Below, one piece after another: positions 1 through 13,990 of a DNA stretch of 64,000 nucleotides. The position numbers and the translations under genes were made by a program. Where the stretch lies: the NCBI RefSeq assembly GCF_009914755.1, contig NC_060931.1. One strand, given 5' to 3'. The DNA is from the human T2T-CHM13v2.0 reference genome, Homo sapiens. Position 1 is the first letter of the stretch, and each line of letters opens with the position of its first letter. The notes beneath the pieces are model-generated. The model worked only from the letters and a program-made list of their open reading frames with translations. It made no database searches and had not been told where the DNA came from.

Positions 1-1060
1 TTTGTGTCTTTATTTCCTTCAGTTCTGCTCTGATCTTAGTTATTTCTTGCCTTCTGCTAGCTTTTGAATGTGTTTACTCTTGCTTCTCTAGTTCTTTTAA
101 TTGTGATGTTAGGGTGTCAATTTTAGATCTTTCCTGCTTTCTCTTGTGGGCATTTAGTGCTATAAATTTCCCTCTACACACTGCTTTGAATGTGTCCCAG
201 AGATTCTGGTATGTTGTGTCTTTGTTCTTGTTGGTTTCAAAGAACATCTTTATTCCTGCCTTCATTTTGTTATGTACCCAGTTGTCATTCAGGAGCAGGT
301 TGTTCAGTTTCCATGTAGTTGAGTGGTTTTGAGTGAGTTTCTTTATCTTGAGTTCTAGTTTGATTGCACTGTGGTCTGAGAGAAAGTTTGTTATAATTTC
401 TGTTCTTTTACATTTGCTGAGGAGTGCTTTACTTCCAACAGTGTGGTCAATTTTGGAGTAAGTGTGGTGGGGTGCTGAAAAGAATGTATATTCTGTTGAT
501 TTGTGGTGGAGAGTTCTGTAGATGTCTATTAGGTCTGCTTGGTGCAGAGCTGAGTTCAGTTCCTGGATATCCTTGTTAACTTTCTGTCTCGTTGATCTGT
601 CTAATGTTGACAGTGGGGTATTAAAGTCTCCCATTATTATTGTGTGGGATTCTAAGTCTCTTTGTAGATCTCTAAGGACTTGCTTTATGAATCTGGGTGC
701 TCCTGTATTGGATGCATATGTATTTAGGATAGTTAGCTCTTCTTGTTGAATTGATCCCTTTACCATTATGTAATGGCTTTCTTTGTCTCTTTTGATCTTT
801 GTTGGCTTAAAGTCTGTTTCATCAGAGACTAGGATTGCAACCCCTGCCTTTTATTGTTTTCTATTTGCTTGGTAGATCTTCCTCTATCCCTTAATTTTGA
901 GCCTATGTGTGTCTCTGCACGTGAGATGGGTTTCCTGAATACAGCACACTGATGGGTCTTGACTCTTTATCCAATTTGCCAGTCTGTGTCTTTTAATGGG
1001 AGCATTTAGCCCATTTACATTTAAGGTTAATATTGTTATGTGTAAATTTGATCCTGTCAT
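1..1060 (-). pseudogene. L1 ORF2 N-terminal APE endonuclease region (disrupted)
   Basis: ATG at 1060; the open frame covers only 74-766 ([11 protein letters not shown]...KELEKQE) and ends at a premature stop. Confidence 0.88.
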
Positions 1061-1123
1061 TATGATGTTAGCTAGTTATTTTGCTCATTAGTTGATGCAG
1101 TTTCTTCCTAGCCTTGATGGTCT

Positions 1124-2135
1124 TTACAATTTGGCATGTTTTTGCAGTGGCTGGTACTGGTTGTTCCTTTCCATGTTTAGTGCTTCCTTCAGGAGCTCTC
1201 TTAGGGCAGGCCTGGTGGTGGCAATATCTCTCAGCATTTGCTTGTCTGTAAAGTATTTTATTTCTCCTTCACTTATGAAGCTTAGTTTGGCTGGATATGA
1301 AATTCTGGGTTGAAAATTCTTTTCTTTAAGAATGTTGAATAGTGGCCCCCGCTCTCTTCTGGCTTGTAGAGTTTCTGCCAAGAGATCAGCTGTTAGTCTG
1401 ATGGGCTTCCCTTTGTGGGTAACCCGACCTTTCTCTCTGGCTGCCCTCAACATTTTTTCCTTCATTTCAACTTTGGTGAATCTGACATTTATGTGTCTTG
1501 GAGTTGCTCTTCTTGAGGAGTATCTTTGTGGCATTCTCTGTATTTCCTGAATCTGAATGTTGGCCTGCCTTGCTAGATTGGGGAAGTTCTCCTGGATAAT
1601 ATCCTGCAGGGTGTTTTCCAACTTGGTTCCATTCTCCCCATCACTTTCAGGTACACCAATCAGACATAGATTTGGTCTTTTCACATAGTCCCATATTTCT
1701 TGGAGGCTTTGTTTGTTTCTTTTTATTCTTTTCTCTGTAAACTTCTCGTTTCATTTCATTCATTTGATCTTCCATCACTGATACCCTTTCTTCCAGTTGA
1801 TCGAATTGACTACTGAGGCTTGTGCATTCATCACGTAGTTCTCGTGCCGTGGTTTTCAGCTCCATCAGGTCCTTTAAGGACTTCTCTGCATTGGTTGTTC
1901 TAGTTAGCCATTTGTCTAATTTTTTTCGAGGTTTTTAACTTCTTTGCCATGGGTTTGAACTTCCTCCTTTAGCTTCGAATAGTTTGATCATCTGCAGAGT
2001 TCTTCTTTCAACTCACCAAAGTCATTCTCCGTCCAGCTTTGTTCCGTTGCTGGTGAAGAGCTGCATTCCTTTGGAGGAGGAGAGGTGCTCTGATTTTTAG
2101 AGTTTCCAGGTTTTCTGCTCTGTTTTTTTCCCCAT
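1124..2135 (-). pseudogene. L1 ORF1 (disrupted by frameshifts)
   Basis: ORF-track pieces 1647-1865 and 1124-1684 are ORF1p in different frames; the stop follows QKHAKL. Confidence 0.9.
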
Positions 2136-2711
2136 CTTTGTGGTTTTATCTACCTTTGGTCTTTGATGATGGTGACGAACAGATGGGTTTTTGGTGTGGA
2201 TGTCCTTTCTGTTTGTTAGTTTTCCTTCTAACATTCAGGACCCTCAGCTGCAGGTCTGTTGGAGTTTGCTGGAGGTCCACTCCAGACCCTGTTTGCCTGG
2301 GTATCAGCAGCAGAGGCTGAAGAAGAGCCAATATTGGTGAACAGCAAATGTTGCTGCCTGATCGTTCCTCTGGAAGTTTTGTCTCAGAGGAGTACCCGGC
2401 CATGTGAGGTGTCAGTCTGCCTCTACTGGGGGGGTGCCTCCCAGTTAGGCTACTTGGGGGTCAGGGATCCACTTGGGGAGGCAGTCTGTCCATTCTCAGA
2501 TCTCCAGCTACATGCTGGGAGAACCACTACTCTCTTCAAAGCTGTCAGACAGGGACATTTAAGTCTGCAGAGTTTTCTGCTGCCTTCTGTTTGGCTATGT
2601 CCTGCCCGTAGAGGTGGAGTCTACAGAGGCAGGCAGGCCTCCTTGAGCTGTGGTGGGCTCCAGTCAGTTCAAGCTTCCCAGCCACTTTGTTTACCTAGTC
2701 AAGCCTTGGCA

Positions 2712-2927
2712 ATGGTGGGCACACCTCCCCCAGCCTCGCTGCTGCCTTGCAGTTTGATCTCAGACTGCTGTGCTAGCAATGAGCAAGGCTTGGTGGGCAT
2801 AGGACCCTCTGAGCCATGTGCGGGTTATAATCTCCTGGTGTGCCATTTGCTGAGACTGTTGGAAAAGCACAGTATTAGGGTGGGAGTGACCCGATTTTCC
2901 AGGTGCCGTCTGTCACCCTTTCTTTGA
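2712..2927 (+). CDS. ORF0: L1 antisense ORF0, intact 71 aa
   Basis: gcaATGg at 2712. Translation MVGTPPPASLLPCSLISDCCASNEQGLVGIGPSEPCAGYNLLVCHLLRLLEKHSIRVGVTRFSRCRLSPFL* is colinear with primate L1 ORF0 (MAGAPPPASLPPCSLISDCCASN...PFL). Expression is not shown by the sequence. Confidence 0.8.
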   Translation: MVGTPPPASLLPCSLISDCCASNEQGLVGIGPSEPCAGYNLLVCHLLRLLEKHSIRVGVTRFSRCRLSPFL

Positions 2928-3518
2928 CTAGGAAAGGGAATTCCCTGACCCCTTGTGCTTCCCGGGTGAGGCGATGCCTCACCCTGCTTCGGCTCACGCT
3001 TGGTGCACTGCACCCACTGTCCTGCACCGACTGTCCGACACTCCCCAGTGAGATGAACCTGGTACCTCAGTTGGAAATGCAGAAATCACCCATCTTCTGC
3101 ATCGCTCATGCTGGGAGCTGTAGACTGGAGCTGTTCCTGTTTGGCCATCTTGGCTCCACCCCTCATATGAGTATTAAACATTGCCAAGTGTTTACAGCTT
3201 AAGCTAGTAGAACACACACAACAAAATAAAACACCAGGCAGCAATCTTGGCCCCACCAAGATGGTAGCAATCACGGCTACCACCATACTGCTCTCTCTCT
3301 CCTCCTTTTCCACCAGGTTACTATAAGGAGGTTGTCTGTGCTCTTTGCTTCAGTTTCCCTGCTTCCGAACCCTCAGCCCATGCTATTATGGCTTCCATCC
3401 TCACAACTCCACCAAAATGGCTTTTTCTAAGGTATCTAAGGATCCAGTAGGCATTTTTCAGTTTTTATCTTACTTGACCTTGTAGCTGCTGTTGCTAATC
3501 ATCACTGCTTCCCTGTAG

Positions 3519-3798
3519 CAGTGGTCCACAACCCCTGGGCCATGGAATGTTACCACTCTGTGGCCTGTTAGGAACAGGGCCGCACAGCAGGAGGTGAGTG
3601 GTGGAGGGAGCCAGCATTACCTCCTGAGCTCTGCCTCCTGACAGATCAGCAGTGACATTAGATTCTCATAGGAGCAAGAACCCTATTGTGAACTGCACAT
3701 GAGAGAAATCTAGGTTGCATGCTCCTTATGAGAATCTAATGCCTGATGTTGTCTTCCACAAAACTGGTCCCTGGTGCCAAAAAGTTTGGGGACTGCTG
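3519..3798 (+). mobile_element. MER1B (hAT-Charlie MITE), apparently internally deleted
   Basis: TIRs cagtggtccacaac / gtttggggactgctg; 8-bp TSD ccctgtag (3511-3518) / ccctatag (3799-3806). Confidence 0.85.
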
Positions 3799-4249
3799 CC
3801 CTATAGAACAGTCTCTGCCCCTGGTGCAGGGACATGGCATGCTCCTGGTTTCCTCAGGAAGAGTCTCTTCTTCACTCTCCCTTGCAGGCTCATCCTGCTT
3901 TGTTCAGTAAGTAGTTTTTGGGGTTCCTTGGGGTTTAGTCCTGGGTTCTCCTCTCATCTTAATCTAACCACTCACCTCGGGTAACCATCCACACCCACAG
4001 CTTTGGTCTTCAACTCCATCAGTAGCATTCATGTTGTTTTTATTAAACAATATGAACCTATGGTAAGAATAGATTTTTACATGGGGACCCAATACATGCA
4101 TACATATATAGAAAACCAAATCAAAAGTAAGTAATACTCATATCTGTTCTTTTCTTCTACTTTTTTAGAAAAGGCTGGTCAGGATGTGTAAAATGGGTTT
4201 CATGACAACCCAATGAGTTGCCGCAAAAATTAAAAAGAAAAAAACATGC

Positions 4250-5385
4250 TGATATATATATCAATGGATCCTGAAATCATATCTTCAGCTTATACCTCTC
4301 TTGTAGGTGCTTGACCCCAGTGCACTATATCACTGCTGTTCTGAATCCTACTATATTTCTACTTGATTTCTCAAAGTCACCTCAAACGCAGAATGTATAA
4401 GACCAAAACGCATGATGCCCCCCTGGGACCCTCTTCCTGGTTCATGTCTAATTTTTTGTTTTTCTTTTTCAGTTTGCCCTGTTTCAGTGAGTGGCACCGC
4501 AATCCATTCAGTTTTTAAAATCAGAAGTCTAAGAGTTATCCTTGAAACTTCCTTTTTCTTCCCTATGTATATTTAATCCATCGGAAATTCATATTGATTT
4601 GATTTCTAAATATCTTCCCAATCTATCCACTTCTTCCTGTCTCCACTGCTACCCCTCCAATCCAAGCTCCCATCATTTCTCCCCTAGACGACCATAAAAG
4701 ATGACTTATTGGTTTTGTGGCACTTCTATGTTCCCTCCAAATGGGTTTCCACAGTGCAATTGAAATAATCTAAAAAGTAAATATAACCATGTGACTCCTC
4801 ACCTCCCACCCACTTCCTACTTACAACTTTGAACAACTTCCTTTTCTTCTGGGATTAGACCGAGTTGTTAATCATGGTCTACAAGGCCTGGCATGGTGTT
4901 GCCTGGCCTAGCTCTCCAGCCTCATCATGAACCACCCTCTACTTCTTTCTCTGAGCAACTGCCAACCTGGCCTTGCAAGCGCTTTTCTTCCTCCTGCTGA
5001 AGCGTCACTGCACGTGTCCTTTCTTCTGCCTGGAAAACTACCCCATTCCCTTTGCCTAGTCAGCCCCTGCTAGTCCTTCAGATGCCAGTGGAAGCCTCAC
5101 TTCTCGGGGGGAAGACAACTGGCATCCCGGTCAAGTGCTAGCTTAATTATGTTTTGAAATAGAAATGTCTTCCTAGTACTCATGTCACTTTGTATTATAT
5201 GCCCACACTTGTGATCTTTTAAACAATTAATATATGTTTACATATTATACTACAATGTTTCCACATTGCACTAAAATCTCCAGGAGATTATGGGCTATAT
5301 CACATTTCACTCACAATTGCATCCCCTGGGCCTAGCATAGTGTCTGACACTAAGAAGGTGTAAAACATATTTTAAAATGATCAAC
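4250..5385 (+). mobile_element. L2 relic (3' region)
   Basis: L2-like phrases such as ccaagctcccatcatttctcccctag and cctagcatagtgtctgacac; boundaries approximate. Confidence 0.6.
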
Positions 5386-5399
5386 AGAACACAAATTGT

Positions 5400-6650
5400 A
5401 ATACATGTTATGAAAGCAGTTACCAGAGTGCAGAAATAGAAAATATAGGTGATGATTAATGAAGCATCCTTAGAAAGGTAACATTTAACTGAGTTTTGAG
5501 GGATGAAAAGGAGTCAGCCATGGGAAAGGTGGGGACATGCTTAGCTATGCAAAAGGATGACAGTGAGCAAAGGTCATGAGGTGGGGATGTGCTGTATGCT
5601 CAAGGGGAAGGGAGGCTGGTGTGGCTGGAGTACAGCGGGGAGGAGACAGCAGCCAAGATGAGTGTGGAGCAGTAGTCGGGGTTGGATCATTTAGTAGTTA
5701 CTGACCTATGATAAAACATTTGTATTGTATTTGAGGCACAATGGGAAGTCATTACATGATTTAAGAAGGGGTGTCCCATTAACTGATTTTTATTGAGACA
5801 CTAGACTGGAGGGATAAAGAGCAGAAGCTGAGACATCCAATGAGGAGACCACCATGGCCATCCATATGAAAGACGCTGATAGTGTGGGTCATAGTATTTG
5901 GAATGGAACGGAAGAGAAGTGGATGAAGTCAAGAAATATTTTGAAGGTAGAAACAACAGGACTTGGTAATGGATTGAATTGGGGGCAGAGAGATTGGAAT
6001 CAAAGAGGCAGCCTTGTTTTCTTATTCAGGAATTGTGTGGATAGTGGTACCATTTACAGAGATGGAGAAGGCTGAGAATTTGAGTGGGAGAATCAAGGAT
6101 TGGGCACTTGCTTTATTAACTTGAAAGTGCCTATGGAATATCCAAGTGGGACATTTTAAGGAGGCAATTGTATATGTGAGTCTGAAACTCAGAGGAGTGA
6201 TGTGGGTTATAGATCTAAATTTGGGGGGTCATCAAATTATGGATGATATTGAAAACAGTGGGAATGTATCTATATCACCTAGGGAGAGAATGTGTAGAGA
6301 GAAGTGTGCAGGCTGAGTCCTGTGAGATGCTAACATTTGGAGGGCAGATAAAGAAGAGATACTTGTTAAGAAGACTGAGAAGTGACCAGGGTAGATGAAG
6401 GAAACCCAAGGGCAGGTCGACTTGTGTCAGTAAGGAAGACATTGTTGTCTCAGCTAAATGAGGCTGAGAGATCAAGGGCAGAGAGTAGACAATGGATCTG
6501 ACCACAGAGCTGAAAAAACCGGACAATTTGAGCAGATGTGATCAAATGAGGGAGACCAACCAGATTGAACTGATTTAAAGAGTAAGAGTGGGAAATGAGG
6601 AGGTAGACATTGTGAAAAAGGCATTGATGAAAGAGGTGAACCACTATAAC
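5400..6650 (-). mobile_element. L2 relic
   Basis: Purine-rich antisense L2 phrases such as ttttgaaggtagaaacaacaggacttggtaatggattg; boundaries approximate. Confidence 0.6.
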
Positions 6651-7029
6651 AGCTGAAGATAATGAATAAGGAAGTGGAAAGTGGAACCAGAAGAGAGAGG
6701 CAGATTGGTTAGGCTGTCCTTGAGATGCCTCAAGGAAGACCTCTGAAGAGGTTTTTGGTTATGTTATGGGAACCTAAAAGGAAGCAACAATCAGGTCGGG
6801 TATAAGAGGCTGTATGCAGTGTGATGAAATGCAAAGTCCTGGAAGATCTGTTATAACAACTCTTTTGGATTAGAAGGAGAGGGATTTGTGAAGCCGGGAG
6901 AACAAAACGAAGCCAGATGTGTTCAGTGGGGCCAAGTTAGACTGTAAGTCTTCTGTATTTCTGTAGGTTGTTAGACTGTAAGCAATTTTGTTACGCACAA
7001 TTTTTCTTACAAGAGTAAAGTGGCAATTT

Positions 7030-8243
7030 GTATGGGCAATAAACAGATGAAAAGAGGCTCAACATCTCATGTGGTTTGGATGTTTTGTCCCCTCCAAATT
7101 TCATGTTGAAATGTGACTGCCAATGTTGGAGGCAGGCTTAGTGGGAGATGTTTTGGTCATGGGGGCAGATAACTCATGAATGTCTTGGTGCTATCCTCGC
7201 AGTAATGAGTGAGTCCTTACTCTGAGTTCATGTGAGAGCTGGTTGTTTAAAAGAGCATGGCTCCCCTCTCTCTCTCTCTTGCTTCCTCTCTTGCCTTGTG
7301 ATGTGTCAGCTCTCCCTTCGCCTTCTGCCATGATTGTATGATTGTAAGCTTCCTGAGGTCTCACCAGAAGCTGAGCAGATGCAGGTGCCATGCTTATACA
7401 GACTGCAGAACTATGAGCCAAATAACCTCTTTTCTTTATAAATTACCCATCCTCAGGTATTCATTTATAACAATGCAAAAATAGACTAATACAACATCAC
7501 TAATCATTAGGACAATGCAAATTAAAACCACAGTGAGATACCACATCACACCCATTAGGGATGGCCACTATAAACAAACAAGGCAGAAAATAACAAGTGT
7601 TGGTAAGGGCGTGGGAATATTGGAACCCTTGCACAATGCTGCTGGAAAGGTAATACTGTGCTGCTGCTATGGAAAACGATATAGCTGTTTCTCAAAAAAA
7701 TTGTACAGTGCATAGAAGTGCCATATGATTTAGCAATTCCATTTCTGCATATATACCCAAAAGAATTGAATGCAGGGACTTGAATAGGTATTTAATGCTC
7801 CAATGTCCATAGCAGCATTATTCAAATAGCCAAAAGTCAATTAATGGATGAATGGATAACAAAATGTGGTATATCCTGCATTCAAATATTATTCAGCCTT
7901 AAAAAGGAAGGAAATTCTGATACATGCTACAACATGGATAAACTTTGAGGACATTGTGTTAAGACACAAAAGGAAAAATACTGTGCAATTCCACTCATAT
8001 GAGGTACATAGAGTAGTGAAATTCACAGAGACAAAGTAGCATTGTATTTGCCAGGGGCTGCTGGGAGAGGGGGGAAATGGGGAGTTGTTTAATGGGGCAG
8101 AGCTTCTGTTTGGGGAGGTGAAAGGTTCTGGAGATGAATGGTGGTGATGGTTGTACAACAACATGAATGTCTTTAATGCTACTTAACTGTACACTTAAAA
8201 ATGGTTAAAATGGCAAACTGCATGTTATATATATTTTACCACA
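7030..8243 (+). mobile_element. L1MB-type 3' end, interrupted by an MSTB LTR
   Basis: atgcaaattaaaaccacagtgagatacc... through cttaaaaatggttaaaatgg...ttttaccaca. Confidence 0.8.
7067..7493 (+). mobile_element. MSTB-type MaLR solo LTR
   Basis: Starts ..tggtttggatgttttgtcccctccaaa and ends gactaataca; perfect 5-bp TSD acatc (7062-7066 / 7494-7498). Confidence 0.88.
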
Positions 8244-9067
8244 TGAACAGAGAAGTAGCAATTTGTTTGACTTAAAATAGTGACTTAAATGAGTGCGTTG
8301 TGTTGATAGCTCCACATGGAAAGGCAGAAGAGGCCTGAACTGGCCAAGAGTGAAGGACACAGTCCTGTGGTATACTTGGAAGAGGAAAACTGACCCAAAT
8401 CCAAGAGCAGCTTCAGAAGAGATGGGCGGGTGCAGGTCGTGGGCAGGCATTTTGGTCTTGAACTGAGAGAGGTAACAGGCAGCCTTGTGCCTTCTGCCCT
8501 TCATGCCACAGTGGGCTCTCCTGACTCCAAGGAAAGGCCCCTGGTCCATGGCTGCTGTCAGCTCAGGCATCCCCCACCCAGTGGAGGCTGCATGTGAGGG
8601 CTGGGCTGGAGAATTTGGGGAGAAAAACCATGTCTGGACAGCCCACCTGTCGGTCTGATAACTGTGACTGTGCTCTGTGAACTTGGAGCACCCAACAAGC
8701 AGTGAATGTTCTCACCAATGTCTTCTGTAGCAGGCATGTTGAATTTAAATAAACATGGATTGCTGGTGCCCAGAGATTAGAGGTCCTTCCCATCACAGTG
8801 GAGAACCAGCCCCTGACTTCTCAAATTTAGGGCAAGTGGGATGTGGAAGACAAGGATATGGGGCCTCATTTCCTCACTGGGTCCAGAGAGGTGACTTGTG
8901 TTTCAGAAAGAAGACTGAAAGTGGCATGGACTTATTGACTGATGGAACAAATGTTTCCTGAATGCCTGTTACATAATAACCACTAGTTAGGCACTGAAGT
9001 TAGAAAAGTAAATAAAACAAGGTTCTTGTTCTTAGAGAGCCTGCTTTCTAATGGAGACAGAGACTAG

Positions 9068-9069
<2 letters not shown>

Positions 9070-9116
<47 letters not shown>

Positions 9117-9349
9117 GAGACAGAGGTTCAAGTGATCCTCCCAGATTCAAGTGATTCTCCTGACTCAGCCTCCCGAGTAGCTGGGATTACAGGCATATGC
9201 CACCATGCTCTGCTAATTTTTGTATTTTTAGTAGAGATGGGGTTTCACCATGTTGGTCAGGCTGGTCTTGAACTCCTGACCTCAAGTGTTCCACCCACCT
9301 CGGCCTCCCAAATTGCTGAGATTACAGGCGTGAGCCACTGCGCCCAGCC
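9070..9349 (-). mobile_element. AluS with (TA)n/poly-T tail and a right-arm deletion
   Basis: Alu consensus 9117-9349, poly-T 9099-9116, (TA)n 9070-9099. Confidence 0.92.
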
Positions 9350-9983
9350 GATAAATAATTTTTGAAAACAATAATATATCTGGTGATGGTAAGAACTATG
9401 AAGACAAATAAAGCAGGCTAAAGAGATAGGGAATACCTGTAGGAGACTACTAGTTTAGGTAGATAATTAACAAATACACACATTGCTAGTAAAATGTCAC
9501 AGTGTAAGCACTATGAAGAGATTAAAGCAGAGTAAGGAGATAGAGAGTGCCACTGGGAGAGGGGTGCCTATTGTAGATAAAGTGGACAAGGAAGGACAAA
9601 GGATTGACATTTGAGCAGAGACATAAAGGATACAAACATCTTCCAGGCAGCAGGTGTAAAGGCTATCAAAGAGTACAGATAATAGTGTCCCTGGAAAAAG
9701 CAAGATGGCCAAGGACAGGTGGGCAGAGGCTGGGGAGATGGTTCAGGACCAGGGAGGGGTGGTGGGGAGCAGGCTGGCTTGAATGTAATGTACTAAGAGT
9801 ATCAAGCAGAGGACAGATAATGACTGGATACACATCCAGAGAGATTCGTTCTGTTTGCTCTTCATAGGTTCACCACAGGGAGGCAGGAATAAAGTAAGGA
9901 GGCTCATAGAAATCTGGTATGAGATGGTGGGGACTTAGTCTGAGCTATTAACGGTGAAAGTGATAAGAATTGGTTGGATTTAG

Positions 9984-10310
<327 letters not shown>

Positions 10311-10359
10311 TTAGTCCTGGAGCAATTGCAAGAAAAAAATAAGAATAAACCTAGGGTAA

Positions 10360-10610
10360 CATTTATGGCACCATGTCATATACCTGTTGCTATCCTAAAT
10401 GCATTCTACACATTGTCTCCTTTAATTCTCAATATGACTCTGTAAAAAAAAAAAAAAGAAAAAAAAAAAGGCATGCTTATTCCCAGCTCACACTTGAGGA
10501 AACAGAGGCCTATGAAGGTTAAGTCACATGGCCAAGGTCATAGAGTTTGTAAGTAGCACAGTTGTGACTAAACCCCAGGTTGTTTTGACTCTGGAACCTG
10601 TGATTTTGGC
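10360..10610 (-). mobile_element. MIR
   Basis: MIR core gaggaaacagaggc...gttaagtcacatggccaaggtca. Confidence 0.65.
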
Positions 10611-11598
10611 TTTTGTATGCTCCTGTAGCATTATTAGCTGGTCATTCTAGAATGGAAGTGGGTCAAGGGGCCACCTTAGGCAGAGTAGAGTGGATGAGTA
10701 AGGGCAGAGGGGCCAGAGGAACCCATGTAGGAGGGAGGGGGTTGTAGGAGACAGCTGGGGTCTGTCCCTCCCTGACCCATAGACAGGAGTCTGTGAGAAA
10801 TGGAGGTGTGGACAGAGCCCATGTGTCAGTCATCCCGAAGGGCTCTGTGAGGTCAGGGGCACTGCTTTAGTTCTCAGGTATCCAGAATAGAGGATTAGGG
10901 GACTCTCTCTACTTTTACCTCAGTCAAAGCACCATAAAGGGTTCTGGAGCATGGGGTGGATGATTGTTGGATGAGTATATTTCCAAACACTTGTCCAGAG
11001 GCATTTGACAGGGTTCTGAGCCTCTGAATGAGCTGTAGCCAGTGAAATTTGAGTCATTACTGTTACTGTGGCCTCATAAGCTAGAACATAAAATTCTTAT
11101 GGGTTCATGTAGCCAGAGTGTTGGATTGGTAATGGTGGCTTAGAACTTCTAAAACCACAAGGTCAAATCCACACACAGGTATGCTTAGAAGAAATTATGA
11201 AATCTTTTTAAGATCCACTTCTATTCCATAGCTTTGGAGCAGCAACTAAGGGGAAGCAGATATCATTCAGGTTAGGAGCCCCATAAACAGCTGGAAAACA
11301 CCACTGAGAGGGCATCATCAGCCCTCCTTCCCTCAATCATTGAAATTGTGGAAGTGGCTAGGACTGCAGTGAAAACAAGGTATCTGTCATCTCTCACCAC
11401 CTCTCCGCATTGCGTAGTTGTACTGTTGTGTAAAAGCATCTAGACCTTGGAGTAAAAGACATAAATCAATGCCTCATGTGGAAGCATCATCTTATTAATA
11501 ACTTGCATAGAGTCTTGCAAATCTGTTCATATCTCTTGTGTCAACTGCCCTTCCCATCAACTCCTGAGGCAAGCAGAGTAGATATTTGTGATCATTAC

Positions 11599-11957
11599 TA
11601 ACATGGTTTGGCTGTGTCCCCACCCAAATCTCATCTTGAATTGCAGCTCCCATGATTCCCACGTTTTGGGAGGGATCTTGTGGGAGATAATTGAATCACA
11701 GAGGCTGTTTCCCTCATACGGTTCTTGTGGTAGTGAATAAGTCTCACGAGAGCTGATGGTTTGATAAGGGGTTTCCCCTTTCGCTTGGCTCTCATTCTCG
11801 CTTGTCTGTCACCATGTAAGATGTGCCTTTCCCTTCTGCCATGATTGTGAGGCCTCCCCAACCACGTGGAACTATGAGTCCATTAAACCTATTTTTGTTT
11901 ATAAATTACCCAGTCTCGGGTATGTCTTCATCAGCAGCATGAAAATAGGCTAATACA
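11599..11957 (+). mobile_element. THE1C-type MaLR solo LTR
   Basis: atggtttggctgtgtccccacccaaatctcatcttgaatt ... gctaataca. Confidence 0.9.
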
Positions 11958-11994
11958 CTTATTTTTTAGATATAAAAAGATGTGCTCAGGAAAG

Positions 11995-13035
<1,041 letters not shown>

Positions 13036-13528
13036 ATCCAGAAGTAAACCCTGGGACTCTGAGCGTTAAGCATGGGCTAAAGGTCACACAAGTAGTAATG
13101 GTGGAGGTGGCTTCAGACCTAGTTGGGTCTTCTGATCACGGTCTTGCCCCGCACCTCATCAGCTATGATGTGGCCCTCCTTGGTATCCATACAGCATGGT
13201 TATAGTTTAAATCTTAGGATAATGAGCTCCTTTGGTGGCCTCAGCAGTTAACTCCCTAGTCAGATGGGTCCAGGGTGAGATGATCTTGTGTGGAAATCAG
13301 CATCATGATGAGATCTCAACTTATAAGTTAACTCTATATACAAGCCCAGAAAGTACAATGTAAAAACTATTCCACTTTAAACTATTTAGAACTCTTATTT
13401 TAAAAATAGAAAGCAAAAACATTACTCAGAAATAAGAGTAAGATTAAATACCAATTTCTGCACCCTCTTGGCCATTGTAAAGTTGTTTTCTTGGTTAGTC
13501 TCCTTTATAGCCTGTCTTCAGAAATATA

Positions 13529-13990
<462 letters not shown>

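Larger units (their letters stand above)
1..3164 (-). mobile_element. LINE-1 L1PA (about L1PA4-PA7): complete 5'UTR, ORF1 and ORF2 endonuclease region; continues beyond the left edge
   Basis: The minus strand starts GAGGGGTGGAGCCAAGATGGCC (YY1 site) at ~3164. ORF1 ATG is at 2135 and ORF2 ATG at 1060. Translations match L1 ORF1p (KRPNL..IGVPE, YPAKLSF) and ORF2p EN ([10 protein letters not shown]). The 5'UTR is ~1030 nt. Confidence 0.96.
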
